Origin: Bacillota bacterium
GTDB lineage: Bacteria; Bacillota; UBA4882; JBLNCG01
NCBI GenBank assembly: GCA_050260475.1
Contig: JBLNCG010000055.1
Coordinates: forward strand, 12,135-76,134
Direction: 5' to 3'
Length of the DNA stretch: 64,000 nucleotides
Both the position numbers and the translations under genes were made by a program. This document shows, one piece after another, positions 9,654 to 18,682 of the stretch; position 1 is the stretch's first letter; each line of letters opens with the position of its first letter. The notes under the pieces were generated by a model that saw nothing but the letters and a program-made list of their open reading frames with translations, made no database searches and was not told where the DNA came from.

Positions 9654-9678
9654 TATTGCCGTACATTGTCTGCAATAT

Positions 9679-10527
9679 TTAATAATAGTATCGTTTTAGG
9701 CGATTAAAGTCGATATCCGGTTGACGGCTCCTATTTTCCCTTGCCGCCATCAATTCCGAGACCAGGTATTCCGGGCCTAATACGCCGTCACGGTATATGA
9801 CGCCGCTTCCCTTTCCGAAAATCCGCCGGAGAATCCCGTCCGTTTTCTGCCAGTTCCCCGATTCCTTTAATAAAAGGGCGGAGGCTCCGCCCGTACAATA
9901 TCCTTTTCTGACGGCATCCAGTATCGAGCGCTCCCCGGCATTGTCTGCCCAAAGATATGTCCTGGCGGCTCCGATCACATGTCCGAAACGCGGAGAGTGC
10001 CAATCCGAACCGCCGAGTATCGCCAGACCTTTATCTATCCAGTTTTTTTCATAATGGATCAGCATTTTTTCCCAATCGTCCGCGTCGCCCGCAAAGGCCA
10101 GATTCATCAGCTCCAGCCCATCCACAATCTTCTCCCTTACCAGATCATTCAGGATGGCCACGGTTTTTCTGCTGAAAAAAAAGCTCCAGGGATGGGCTAC
10201 AACCAGGGCTCCGCCCTCTTTTTTGATCCCGGCGGCAAACTCATCGAGCCGTTTTAAGTCGATGGAATGGTGTACGGTTTTGCACCCCAGGATGAGAAGA
10301 TGCATCTGATGTCCGCATGACGCCTCCTGACACCATATGCCCTCCACCGGGGAATGCGTCGCCTCAATAAACCGCATCGCCTCCCTGGTCCCGCTCAGGC
10401 AGTGATGATCGGCTATTCCTATAAAATTCAAGGCTCTGCTTTCTGCGATGCGGATAATATCTTCCGGAGCAAGTATCCCGTCTGAATATGAGCTGTGGAT
10501 ATGGAGATCGCCTTGAAATATCTGCAT
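9679..10527 (-). CDS. PHP-domain phosphoesterase
   Basis: DLHIHSSYSDG, IADHH, AHP and GGSDWH motifs. Confidence 0.85.
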   Translation of the reverse strand: MQIFQGDLHIHSSYSDGILAPEDIIRIAESRALNFIGIADHHCLSGTREAMRFIEATHSPVEGIWCQEASCGHQMHLLILGCKTVHHSIDLKRLDEFAAGIKKEGGALVVAHPWSFFFSRKTVAILNDLVREKIVDGLELMNLAFAGDADDWEKMLIHYEKNWIDKGLAILGGSDWHSPRFGHVIGAARTYLWADNAGERSILDAVRKGYCTGGASALLLKESGNWQKTDGILRRIFGKGSGVIYRDGVLGPEYLVSELMAARENRSRQPDIDFNRLKRYYY

Positions 10528-10618
10528 CCGACCCCTCCCGGCGCGGCGTTGCGCTTAACGCTGCGCGCTGCCGCTTTCAGTAAAATAATCCGTTACATTT
10601 CATGCTCGGGGACATTTA

Positions 10619-10792
10619 CTAACAGACCGGGCGGTTTCTGCACACACAGGCGATGAAATACACAAGCAGGACAACCAGGATGATGATGTCCAGGGCGTTC
10701 GGGACCAGAATGGCCTTGATAAAAATGACCAACGCCAAGGCCAGGATGATGATCTCGCCCAGAGCCCTGATTTTATCGAAAATCCACCACAT
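10619..10792 (-). CDS. Small two-TM membrane protein (57 aa), not in the ORF track
   Basis: Strong RBS AGGAGGAGG; MWWIFDKIRALGEIIILALALVIFIKAILVPNALDIIILVVLLVYFIACVCRNRPVC*; SigK-type promoter upstream. Confidence 0.75.
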   Translation of the reverse strand: MWWIFDKIRALGEIIILALALVIFIKAILVPNALDIIILVVLLVYFIACVCRNRPVC

Positions 10793-10897
10793 GCCTCCTC
10801 CTAATGCCGGTGCTACCGGAGCGCCGGGACCCCCCCGGCTTGCATACGCAAATTATCCATACAGCCGCCTTATATAAAAACGACCGGTTCATAAGGT

Positions 10898-10970
10898 TAT
10901 CATATGACACCGGCCCGCCATGGGTGATTTGTTTTTGCATTGGCAATCCTCAGGTCTAATGCATATTATA
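10898..10970. promoter_or_regulatory. Back-to-back SigK-type promoters
   Basis: Minus strand CACC-N16-CATATGATA (10926-10898); plus strand GGCA-N16-CATATTATA (10942-10970). Confidence 0.6.
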
Positions 10971-11007
10971 CATATAACTTTGAACCGTGCCGGACTCCCG
11001 TTGAAAA

Positions 11008-12006
11008 ATGAACATATACGAAAATATCCGGGAAGCGCTGGAGGAGGAACTGTCCTGCCGGGTGGTTGTTCAATTCCGCGGCAAGCTGCTCCTGGGTTTT
11101 ACACCGCGCAAAACATATCTCATCAAGGAAATCCGTTTTCCCACCGCGGAAATAGCCTTTATCCATCAAACCCAATCTTTCATCAGCAGATCGGGTTCCC
11201 CGGCGGTTATTCCATATCTGGAATTCCACGGGGTTCCCTGGCTGAATACGGGAGCCGGAAACTACGTGGTGAAAGAGTATCTTCCGGGCCGCAATCCGCA
11301 TTTCCATGACCCGGCCGCATGGCGGCTGGGCATCCAAGCCCTGGCCAGCCTTCACCTGAATTCAGGGTCGTACGCCTGGCCATCAATACCTGACACCCGA
11401 AATTTTTTCCGCCGCTGGGGGATCCGCTGGGACGAAAAAATGGCGTATCTTTCATCCTTCCACCAGCGCCACGAGAGCGCTTCCACGCCGTTTGCGTCGC
11501 TTTTTCGTAACTCATATCCGTTTTTCGCGGAAATGATGCGAAAAAACCGGTTCTTACTGGAAAAAAGCGTCGCCTTGTCCGGGATAAACGGAGTATTCTG
11601 CCATCACGATCTGACGGAACGAAACCTTCTGTGGACGGAAAAACGCCGCATCATCCTGCTTGATTGGGAAAACGGCATTTATGACGCGGCAGCCCATGAT
11701 CTGGCGCGTTTGCTACTATACCATCTTTTTGTTCTGCCCCCGCCGCGCTGGAAGAGGGCTGCCAAATCGTTGCTGGATGCTTACAATTTCACCAGACCGC
11801 TCTCCGGAGAAGATTTCATCCTTTTGCATATCTTCAGCTTATGGCCGCAGAAATACTGGCGTATGGTACGCCAGTATGAAGAAAACTACCCGTTCCGTCC
11901 CGAAATGGAATACTGCCGTCTTTTTATGGAAATCATCAAATTTTATGAGAACCTGTACCGGATAAAACCGTTTCTCACGCTAAAATCCTTTCATAACGAA
12001 ATCTAA
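11008..12006 (+). CDS. CotS/YsxE-family spore coat protein (APH kinase-like fold)
   Basis: FCHHDLTERNLL, LLDWE, HDLARLL and WPQKYW motifs. Confidence 0.8.
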   Translation: MNIYENIREALEEELSCRVVVQFRGKLLLGFTPRKTYLIKEIRFPTAEIAFIHQTQSFISRSGSPAVIPYLEFHGVPWLNTGAGNYVVKEYLPGRNPHFHDPAAWRLGIQALASLHLNSGSYAWPSIPDTRNFFRRWGIRWDEKMAYLSSFHQRHESASTPFASLFRNSYPFFAEMMRKNRFLLEKSVALSGINGVFCHHDLTERNLLWTEKRRIILLDWENGIYDAAAHDLARLLLYHLFVLPPPRWKRAAKSLLDAYNFTRPLSGEDFILLHIFSLWPQKYWRMVRQYEENYPFRPEMEYCRLFMEIIKFYENLYRIKPFLTLKSFHNEI

Positions 12007-12145
12007 AAGCGTTGTGATAAAGTCGACTCACCCCCGTTCCCCTTTTTGCGAAAGAGAGGAGGACATGGTAAGGCTTTAAAGGCTCTGGATTACCCTCTCT
12101 TTCGCAAAAGAGCGGGCAATGGTGAGGTTTCTCATAACGCTTCTA
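12003..12145. repeat. Intergenic nested inverted repeat
   Basis: Perfect 16-bp arms TTTTGCGAAAGAGAGG (12044-12059) / CCTCTCTTTCGCAAAA (12094-12109), enclosed by CTCACC/GGTGAG and AGCGTTGTGA/TCATAACGCT arms. Confidence 0.7.
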
Positions 12146-12194
12146 AAGGATCATTTTCTGAAACAGCAGGCAAGGAAGTATAAGGAGGATATTT

Positions 12195-13232
12195 ATGAAG
12201 AATATCGGCGAACCATTCGCGGGAAACACCAAAGCGGTTCATGAGATCCTTGCCTGCTACGGCCTTAAGGCACGGCATTTCCGTCCGTTCCGCAAGGTGC
12301 TCAAAGTCCAGACTTCCTGCGGCACGAAAGCATTGAAGAGATCCCGCCTTACCGCGGATGAACTGCTTTTCATCCATGAAGCGAAAGAGCACCTCTGGGG
12401 GAAAGGCTTTGTATATACGGACCGTTTTTTAACCACGCAAAAGAATGAGCCTTTTGCGATCATAGAAAAAAGCGTTTATACCTTGACCGACTGGATCGCG
12501 GGGAGCAGGGAATTCGATTACGATGCCCCCGGGGATCTGCTGATAGCAACCTTCATGATGGCGCATTTCCATGAAATGAGCGCCGGTTTTTTCCCGAAAA
12601 CACTGCCCACGGAGCGCTTGCTATGGGCAAACTGGCCGGATCGCTACCAGCACCGCCTCGCCCAGTTGTCTGAATTTTATCAGCTCGCCGAAAGGAAAAA
12701 AAGAAAGAGCAATTTCGATGGAAGGTTTTTAAGCCACTTTGAGTATTTTTACAGACAGGGTGAGTTGTTCTTGAAGCTCCTGCCCCAATCGTCCTATCGC
12801 CGGATAAGCGCTGAGGGCATGCGCCGGGGGGAGTTCTGCCACCACGATTTTTCCCCCAGAAACCTTCTCCATGCCCCCAACCATAAAATTTATCTGATTG
12901 ATTTTGATTATTGCATTTGCGAAATCCGCCTTCACGATCTGGGCAGCCTGTTGATACGTAATATGAAGACCAACGGGTGGGATCTCGAGCTGGCCGTATA
13001 TATTCTGAAAAACTATCACAATTCTTATGCCTTGACCAGGGAGGAGTTCGACGTATTATGGCTTTTTATGATGTGGCCCCAGGATTTCTGGCAGGTCGGG
13101 CTGCAATATTATAAAGAAAAACAGCCCTGGCCCAAAAAAAGATTTTATCAGTCCCTGCAAAAAAAAATAAAAGACATCCGCCCCAGGGAAGTCTTCTTGA
13201 ACAGGTTTCCGGATTTATGGCCGCTGAAATAG
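12195..13232 (+). CDS. CotS-family spore coat protein
   Basis: FIHEAKEHL, FCHHDF...N, IDFDYC, HDLGSLLIR and PQDFWQVGLQYY motifs. Confidence 0.88.
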   Translation: MKNIGEPFAGNTKAVHEILACYGLKARHFRPFRKVLKVQTSCGTKALKRSRLTADELLFIHEAKEHLWGKGFVYTDRFLTTQKNEPFAIIEKSVYTLTDWIAGSREFDYDAPGDLLIATFMMAHFHEMSAGFFPKTLPTERLLWANWPDRYQHRLAQLSEFYQLAERKKRKSNFDGRFLSHFEYFYRQGELFLKLLPQSSYRRISAEGMRRGEFCHHDFSPRNLLHAPNHKIYLIDFDYCICEIRLHDLGSLLIRNMKTNGWDLELAVYILKNYHNSYALTREEFDVLWLFMMWPQDFWQVGLQYYKEKQPWPKKRFYQSLQKKIKDIRPREVFLNRFPDLWPLK

Positions 13233-13302
13233 CCGCGGGTAACGCGGCTGGAAGTGGGAAGTGAGAGAAAATAAATATAATTTATGCTTCGCCTCTCACC
13301 TC

Positions 13303-14946
13303 TCACTTCTCATTGCGCTTTCCGGCTCTTACCCGGCCGAAAGTATTTTCGATTTTCGCCAATTTTCCCGTCAGATCCGCCATTTGCCGCTTCAGAAGCT
13401 TTTTGTTGGCCGCGCAGTCTTTAAAAACCTGGAACAGTTGACCTTTAAGCTTGCCCCACCTGTATTCAAACGCGTTGAACAAGCCATGAATTTCATCAAT
13501 AGCAACCGCCGCCTGCCTTACGGCTTGGACCCTGCCGGCGGCCGCCTTTGCTCCTTCGGTTATCCCGTATTGTTCGTGCCTGGCCGGGATGGAAACGTTT
13601 ACCCCCATGGCTTTAATATTATCCGCCAAGGCAGTCAGGCCTTCCTGCTCGCCGTGAACCAGAAAAACGTGCTTCGGCCGTTTCGCAAACGCGCCGAACC
13701 AGTCGAGGATCCCCTTTTGATCCGCGTGGGCCGAGAAACCCTCAATGGAACATATTTGGGCCTTTACCGCGATGTCCTCCCCCAGGATCTTCACCGACTT
13801 CTCCCCATCTTTAAGACGCCGGCCCAGTGTCCCCTCCGCCTGATAGCCCACGAATAAAACGCGCGCTTCCGGGCGCCAGAGGTTGTGTTTAAGATGGTGT
13901 TTGATGCGCCCCGCCTCGCACATGCCGTTTGCGGAGATGATCACCGCCCCGGAGGTGATCTTGTTTAAAAGCATGGATTCCTCGGAGGTACGGACAAAAT
14001 GCAGCCCAGGAAAATCGAAGGGGCCTTCCCCCCGCCTGATCATCCGGTACGTTTCCTCATCAAAGCATTCCTGGTGTTTACGGTATATTTCCGTAACGGA
14101 GACCGCCATGGGGCTGTCGATATAAACAGGCAGGGGCGGTATTCTTTTTTCCTTGAGCAGCAGTTTAAATTCATAAAGCAGATCCTGGGTCCTGCCTACG
14201 GCAAAAGCCGGGATGATCAAATTACCCCCGCTTTTGACGCTGGCAACGATCAATTCCTCCAGCCTTCTGCGCTTTTCCGCAAGGCCTTCATGCATCCGGT
14301 TTCCATACGTGCTTTCCATCAGCAGCAGATCAGCGCCGTCCGCTGTTTCCGGATCCTGTATGATGGGTTGAGCGGTCTGCCCCAGGTCTCCGCTGAAGAT
14401 AATCTTCCTGGTTTTACCGCCCTCGGTGCACCAGACTTCGGCAAATGCGGAGCCGAGGATATGTCCGGCATCGCGCAAGACGAATTTAATCCCCGGGACC
14501 GGCCCGTTTTCACAACGATAAGGAACCGTCTCAAAATAATCCAGACTTCGCACAGCATCGTCCACCGTATATAATGGTTCGCGCTCCGGCATGCCGGACC
14601 GCGCCCTTTTCCTGTTTTTCCAATTTGTTTCCGTCTCCTGAATGTGGCCGCTGTCGGGAAGCATGACACGGCACAGGTCCGCGGTGGCTCCGGTACAGTA
14701 AATTCGATTCCGGAAACCTTCCTTTACCAGTTTCGGGATCAAACCGCTGTGATCGATATGGGCATGCGTCAGAATCACGGCATTCAATTTGCCGGGATCA
14801 AAAGGAAATTCCAGATAATTGCAAGCTTTTTCCTCTTTAGCCCCCTGGAACATCCCGCAATCGATCAAGATCTTTTTTCCGTTCGCTTCCAGCAAATAAC
14901 AAGAGCCTGTAACGGTCCGCGCTCCGCCGTAAAATGTCAGCCTCAT
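13303..14946 (-). CDS. MBL-fold/beta-CASP metallo-hydrolase (RNase-like) with C-terminal helical extension
   Basis: GGARTVTGS, THAHIDHSG, DAGHILGS, MESTYGNR, PAFAVGR and FSAHAD motifs; start at ATG 14946. Confidence 0.9.
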   Translation of the reverse strand: MRLTFYGGARTVTGSCYLLEANGKKILIDCGMFQGAKEEKACNYLEFPFDPGKLNAVILTHAHIDHSGLIPKLVKEGFRNRIYCTGATADLCRVMLPDSGHIQETETNWKNRKRARSGMPEREPLYTVDDAVRSLDYFETVPYRCENGPVPGIKFVLRDAGHILGSAFAEVWCTEGGKTRKIIFSGDLGQTAQPIIQDPETADGADLLLMESTYGNRMHEGLAEKRRRLEELIVASVKSGGNLIIPAFAVGRTQDLLYEFKLLLKEKRIPPLPVYIDSPMAVSVTEIYRKHQECFDEETYRMIRRGEGPFDFPGLHFVRTSEESMLLNKITSGAVIISANGMCEAGRIKHHLKHNLWRPEARVLFVGYQAEGTLGRRLKDGEKSVKILGEDIAVKAQICSIEGFSAHADQKGILDWFGAFAKRPKHVFLVHGEQEGLTALADNIKAMGVNVSIPARHEQYGITEGAKAAAGRVQAVRQAAVAIDEIHGLFNAFEYRWGKLKGQLFQVFKDCAANKKLLKRQMADLTGKLAKIENTFGRVRAGKRNEK

Positions 14947-14976
14947 GAAAGCACCCCCGCAAGACACTTCTTTACA

Positions 14977-15096
14977 ACGGCAATTGCATTGTTGCCTTAA
15001 TTCAAGGCCTTGCCACTAAATAAAGTGTATGGCTACCATTAGGCTATCCATATTTAGTGGCAAGACGTAAAATTATCATAACAACGCAAATTACTC
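14977..15096 (+). mobile_element. Palindromic MITE-like element, copy 2
   Basis: Full-length match to the family; flanks ttaca/ttacg. Confidence 0.85.
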
Positions 15097-15146
15097 TTAC
15101 GAAAACAATTCTTTGCAAGCCCGGCAATCCCTGCTTGGCTATCTTT

Positions 15147-15175
15147 TTGACAATTTTCCTCCAATCTGCTATACT
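15147..15175 (+). promoter_or_regulatory. SigA promoter of tRNA-Pro
   Basis: TTGACA-N17-TATACT with an extended TG. Confidence 0.75.
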
Positions 15176-15241
15176 ATTAAACGGTGCATCCGTAATTCAC
15201 TTATTTTTTTTCGCAGCAAAAATGCGCATGCATGCTCAATG

Positions 15242-15318
15242 CGGGGTGTGGCTCAGCTTGGTAGAGCGCACGGTTCGGGACCGTGAGGCCGGAGGTTCAA
15301 ATCCTCTCACCCCGACCA
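15242..15318 (+). tRNA. tRNA-Pro(CGG)
   Basis: CGGGGTG acceptor stem, anticodon loop TTCGGGA, GGTTCAAATCC T-loop, encoded CCA. Confidence 0.97.
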
Positions 15319-15326
15319 GATAAATT

Positions 15327-15353
15327 AAAATCAGGTTGCGCCTGATTTTTTTT
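15327..15353 (+). terminator. Intrinsic terminator after tRNA-Pro (bidirectional)
   Basis: AAAATCAGG-ttgcg-CCTGATTTTTTTT. Confidence 0.75.
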
Positions 15354-15384
15354 CATTTAAAAGACAAATGAGAGTATAACACTC

Positions 15385-15534
15385 TCATTTTCCCGTTTTG
15401 CCGCCGTTGACAGTCGAATTTGCCTGAATCGGTATGTCTTTTTCCAGCTTATCGCACATAAGATTCGTTAAAACCTCCAGTTCATCATTGCAATTTTTAA
15501 TTTTCTCAAGGATTTGGCTCAATCTCTCCGACAT
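15385..15534 (-). CDS. Small hypothetical protein (49 aa), not in the ORF track
   Basis: RBS AAAGGAGG; MSERLSQILEKIKNCNDELEVLTNLMCDKLEKDIPIQANSTVNGGKTGK*. Confidence 0.5.
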   Translation of the reverse strand: MSERLSQILEKIKNCNDELEVLTNLMCDKLEKDIPIQANSTVNGGKTGK

Positions 15535-15653
15535 CACTGGCCCTCCTTTGCAGGTGATATCATCTCTTAAAATTCATTTTCTATACCGCCGGCCGGAAAC
15601 CCTTCCAGGAGTTTCCTGGTTTTTTCGATAAAAAAAGGCAATTTCCGAGTCTT

Positions 15654-15851
15654 TTATTGTTGCGCGCCTTGCTGCATCATTTGCTGAATCTGTTGCTGCA
15701 GTTGGGTAATGTGCTGCATTTTGGCGTCCCGCATTTGGAAAAAAAGCTGGCGGACATCAGGCGTCATGATATCCACCGCGTGGTGATTATACATCGCTTG
15801 CAGCATCATTTCCCTGGCAAGCGAATCCTGGAGTTCATCAAGAGTATTCAA
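15654..15851 (-). CDS. Small Gln-rich half-ferritin-like putative spore coat protein
   Basis: RBS AAGGAGG; helical pattern L.DSLAREMMLQAMY...VRQLF.QMRD..MQHI..L. Confidence 0.6.
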   Translation of the reverse strand: MNTLDELQDSLAREMMLQAMYNHHAVDIMTPDVRQLFFQMRDAKMQHITQLQQQIQQMMQQGAQQ

Positions 15852-15864
15852 AGTTTCGTCCTCC

Positions 15865-16065
15865 TTATACTATCCCCAAACCGCCCATCTTTTGCAATAA
15901 AGTGCCGTAATGGCTGCGGGTTGCCTGTTCCATGCCCCGGAGCATCGGCAAAAGCTGGGGGTCGGTGGTTTGCTTGACCAGATCGGCATATTTCTTGGCC
16001 ATCAATTCTTCCTGGAACAGCATTTCCTTAAAGGCATTGTTCATCCGTTCCTTTTCGGTCAACAT
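15865..16065 (-). CDS. Small CotF/ferritin-like putative spore coat protein
   Basis: MLTEKE...EELMAKKY....TDPQL...Q...HY..LL pattern of clostridial small coat proteins; RBS GAGGTG. Confidence 0.65.
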   Translation of the reverse strand: MLTEKERMNNAFKEMLFQEELMAKKYADLVKQTTDPQLLPMLRGMEQATRSHYGTLLQKMGGLGIV

Positions 16066-16082
16066 TTTTTCACCTCGATAAT

Positions 16083-16460
16083 TCAGTTTTTAACGGAACA
16101 ATAAAAGTTACCGGCAGGGTCTATGGAAGCTAAATAAACATCCTCAATTTTCCTGATGCCGTTTTTTTGCAATTCCTGCTGAAGCCACGTCCGGTCGTGC
16201 CCGATTTGTTTCAAGTTTTTCGTTTGGACTATACCGTCGTTAATCAAAATTACCGGTAAACCTCCCGGAGCGGCTGGCAGGTTCAGTTCCACGGGGGTAG
16301 CCGGCTGGGCGTCCGCCTTTTTAACGACGCTGACATGGCCGCTGGTTTCCAGGACAGCAGCCTCGACTTCATAAATATTCGGCGCGTCAACAGTCCGTAA
16401 TTCCGAGAAAAGCAGCTCGAGTGGGAACAATCCTTTCTTTATCATGCTTATTATTATCCG
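16083..16460 (-). pseudogene. 5'-truncated DUF421/YetF membrane protein (C-terminal domain only)
   Basis: VEAAVLETSGHVSV, P..LINDG.V...NL and WL.QEL...GI..IEDVYLA motifs; the N-terminal TM part is replaced by AT-rich sequence lacking an RBS. Confidence 0.6.
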
Positions 16461-16564
16461 CCGGACATATCGGCAAAACATAAACATGAAGGTATAAAAC
16501 CCGTAATTACTTAAAAAAATAAAAATATGCATAAAAGGGAAATATATGGGATTAATTTAAAAAC

Positions 16565-16593
16565 AAATGAGGTTAACTGTTAACCTCATATTT
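16565..16593 (-). terminator. Hairpin terminating the V-ATPase operon
   Basis: ATGAGGTTAAC-t-GTTAACCTCAT perfect stem, followed by a T-rich run on the minus strand. Confidence 0.6.
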
Positions 16594-16624
16594 CAAAATA
16601 TTTGAGAACCGACATCAATTTTAT

Positions 16625-17266
16625 TTATTTCGCCCTTACAATCTCCTTTACCTTCATCAGCCTCACCAGGTTCCCCCGCTCGTTTTCCTCCAGCTTCATG
16701 GAGATAAACCTGATCGTTTCCGCAAGCTGGGGGATGAGCACATATTCCAGCGCATTGACTCTCCGGCGCGTTTTTTCCAGCTCCGCGGCCATCAACTCGA
16801 CGGTCTTTTCCACTTCCGCAAGCTCAATCATATCTTCGAAGCTGTTTTTCAACAGAAGCACGGCTCGATCCAATTCGCCGGATGTGGTGATCATGCTGTA
16901 GGGAAGCCTTCCCTGCGCCCCGTTCCCCCTTTTTCCCTCGGCGGACAGGATGAAACGCGGCGCCGTAATACTGAACACCTTTTGCATTTCCGGCGTAATC
17001 CCCCGGCCTTGTCCGGGGGCAAGGATGCTTTCCTCCAGAACCCGGGGGGACATCACCGCTTTGGCCAGGGCAAAACCGGCATAGGCCGCCGCCAGCTTCT
17101 CCTCCACCTTTTGCCTGATTTCCCTGTTCCGCTCGATGAGTTCGAGAAAAATTTTCATCATCTCATCAAATTTGTCCTTAAGGAGCTTATGGCCCCTCCG
17201 CGCCACCTGAAGGCGTTTTTTCAACCGCAGCAATTCCATGCGGGTGGGGTTTACGCGTATTTCCAT
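16625..17266 (-). CDS. ntpD: V/A-type ATP synthase subunit D
   Basis: NPTRMELL, RGHKLLKDK and KTRRRVNALE motifs. Confidence 0.95.
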   Translation of the reverse strand: MEIRVNPTRMELLRLKKRLQVARRGHKLLKDKFDEMMKIFLELIERNREIRQKVEEKLAAAYAGFALAKAVMSPRVLEESILAPGQGRGITPEMQKVFSITAPRFILSAEGKRGNGAQGRLPYSMITTSGELDRAVLLLKNSFEDMIELAEVEKTVELMAAELEKTRRRVNALEYVLIPQLAETIRFISMKLEENERGNLVRLMKVKEIVRAK

Positions 17267-17286
17267 CTGGCTTCAACCTTCCCGAA

Positions 17287-18663
17287 CTATCGTTTCCCCG
17301 GATAATATTTATGAATGAACTCCGGCCTGATCCTCTTAAGCTCCGCCGCGGGGATCAAACCTAAAAGCTGCCAGCCCAGTTTCATGGTCTTTTGAATGTC
17401 CCGGTCGTCCTCGGAACTTTGCTTCACATATCTGGTCTCGAATTCATCGGCGAACCGGGCGAATATTTTGTCCGCATCCGTAAGCGCCGCTTCGCCCAAT
17501 ATCACCGCCAACTCCTTGGCCTCCTTACCGCGGGCGTAGGCGGCGAACAGTTGGTTCATGACATCGGCGTGATCTTCCCTGGTCTTGCCGGCCCCGATCC
17601 CTTTGTCCTTCAAGCGGGACAGGGAAGGCAAAACGTCGATGGGGGGATAAATCCCCTTCCGGTGAAGCTCACGGCTTAATATAATCTGCCCTTCCGTGAT
17701 GTAGCCTGTCAAATCCGGAATGGGGTGCGTCTTGTCGTCTTCCGGCATGGAAAGAATGGGGATCTGGGTGATGGAGCCTTTTTTCCCCCGGATGCGGCCG
17801 GCCCTTTCATAAATGGTGGCCAGGTCGGTGTAAAGATACCCCGGATAACCGCGCCTCCCGGGCACTTCCTTGCGGGCCGCGGAGATCTCCCTAAGCGCCT
17901 CCGCATAGTAAGTCATATCCGTCAGGATGACAAGCACGTGCATATCCAGTTCGTATGCCAGGTATTCCGCCGCGGTCAGAGCCATGCGCGGGGTGGCGAT
18001 CCTCTCGATGGCGGGATCGTTGGCGAGATTTACGAAAAGCACGGCCCTTTCGATGGCGCCCGTGCGCTGGAAATCCGAAATGAAATAGTCCGCCTCTTCA
18101 AAAGTGATGCCCATGGCCCCGAATACCACCGCGAATTTTTCCTCCTTGCCCAGTACTTCGGCCTGGCGGGCAATCTGGGCGGCCAACCGCGGATGCGGCA
18201 GTCCGGCCGCGGAAAAAATGGGCAGCTTCTGGCCTCTCACCAGGGTATTCAGGCCGTCGATGGCGGAAATGCCGGTCTGGATAAATTCCGAAGGATAGTT
18301 GCGGGCGTATGGATTGATGGGGGCTGAATTGATGTCCATTTTCTTCTCGGGTATGATTTCCGGGCCTTTATCCTTCGGCCTTCCCAGACCGTCAAAAACC
18401 CTTCCCAGCATATCCGGGGACAATCCCAATTCAAGGCCGCGCCCTAAAAAACGCACCTTGCTCTGGCGCAGGTTTATCCCGGCGGAGCCTTCGAATAACT
18501 GTAAAAGCACCACATCCTGGTTGGTCTCCAAAACCCTCCCCCTGCGCATGGAACGGTCCGCCAGGACGATCTCCGCAAGCTCCCCGTATTTGACGCCGCT
18601 CACCCCCTGCACCATCATTAGGGGTCCGGCCACCTCGCGGATGGTTTTATATTCCGTCAGCAT
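17287..18663 (-). CDS. ntpB: V/A-type ATP synthase subunit B
   Basis: [32 protein letters not shown] and [14 protein letters not shown] motifs. Confidence 0.97.
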   Translation of the reverse strand: MLTEYKTIREVAGPLMMVQGVSGVKYGELAEIVLADRSMRRGRVLETNQDVVLLQLFEGSAGINLRQSKVRFLGRGLELGLSPDMLGRVFDGLGRPKDKGPEIIPEKKMDINSAPINPYARNYPSEFIQTGISAIDGLNTLVRGQKLPIFSAAGLPHPRLAAQIARQAEVLGKEEKFAVVFGAMGITFEEADYFISDFQRTGAIERAVLFVNLANDPAIERIATPRMALTAAEYLAYELDMHVLVILTDMTYYAEALREISAARKEVPGRRGYPGYLYTDLATIYERAGRIRGKKGSITQIPILSMPEDDKTHPIPDLTGYITEGQIILSRELHRKGIYPPIDVLPSLSRLKDKGIGAGKTREDHADVMNQLFAAYARGKEAKELAVILGEAALTDADKIFARFADEFETRYVKQSSEDDRDIQKTMKLGWQLLGLIPAAELKRIRPEFIHKYYPGKR

Positions 18664-18682
18664 AAATCGATCGCCACCTTAA

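Noticed and set aside
15242-16600. Prophage or island integrated at tRNA-Pro
   Set aside because: No integrase and no duplicated tRNA 3' end were found in the window.
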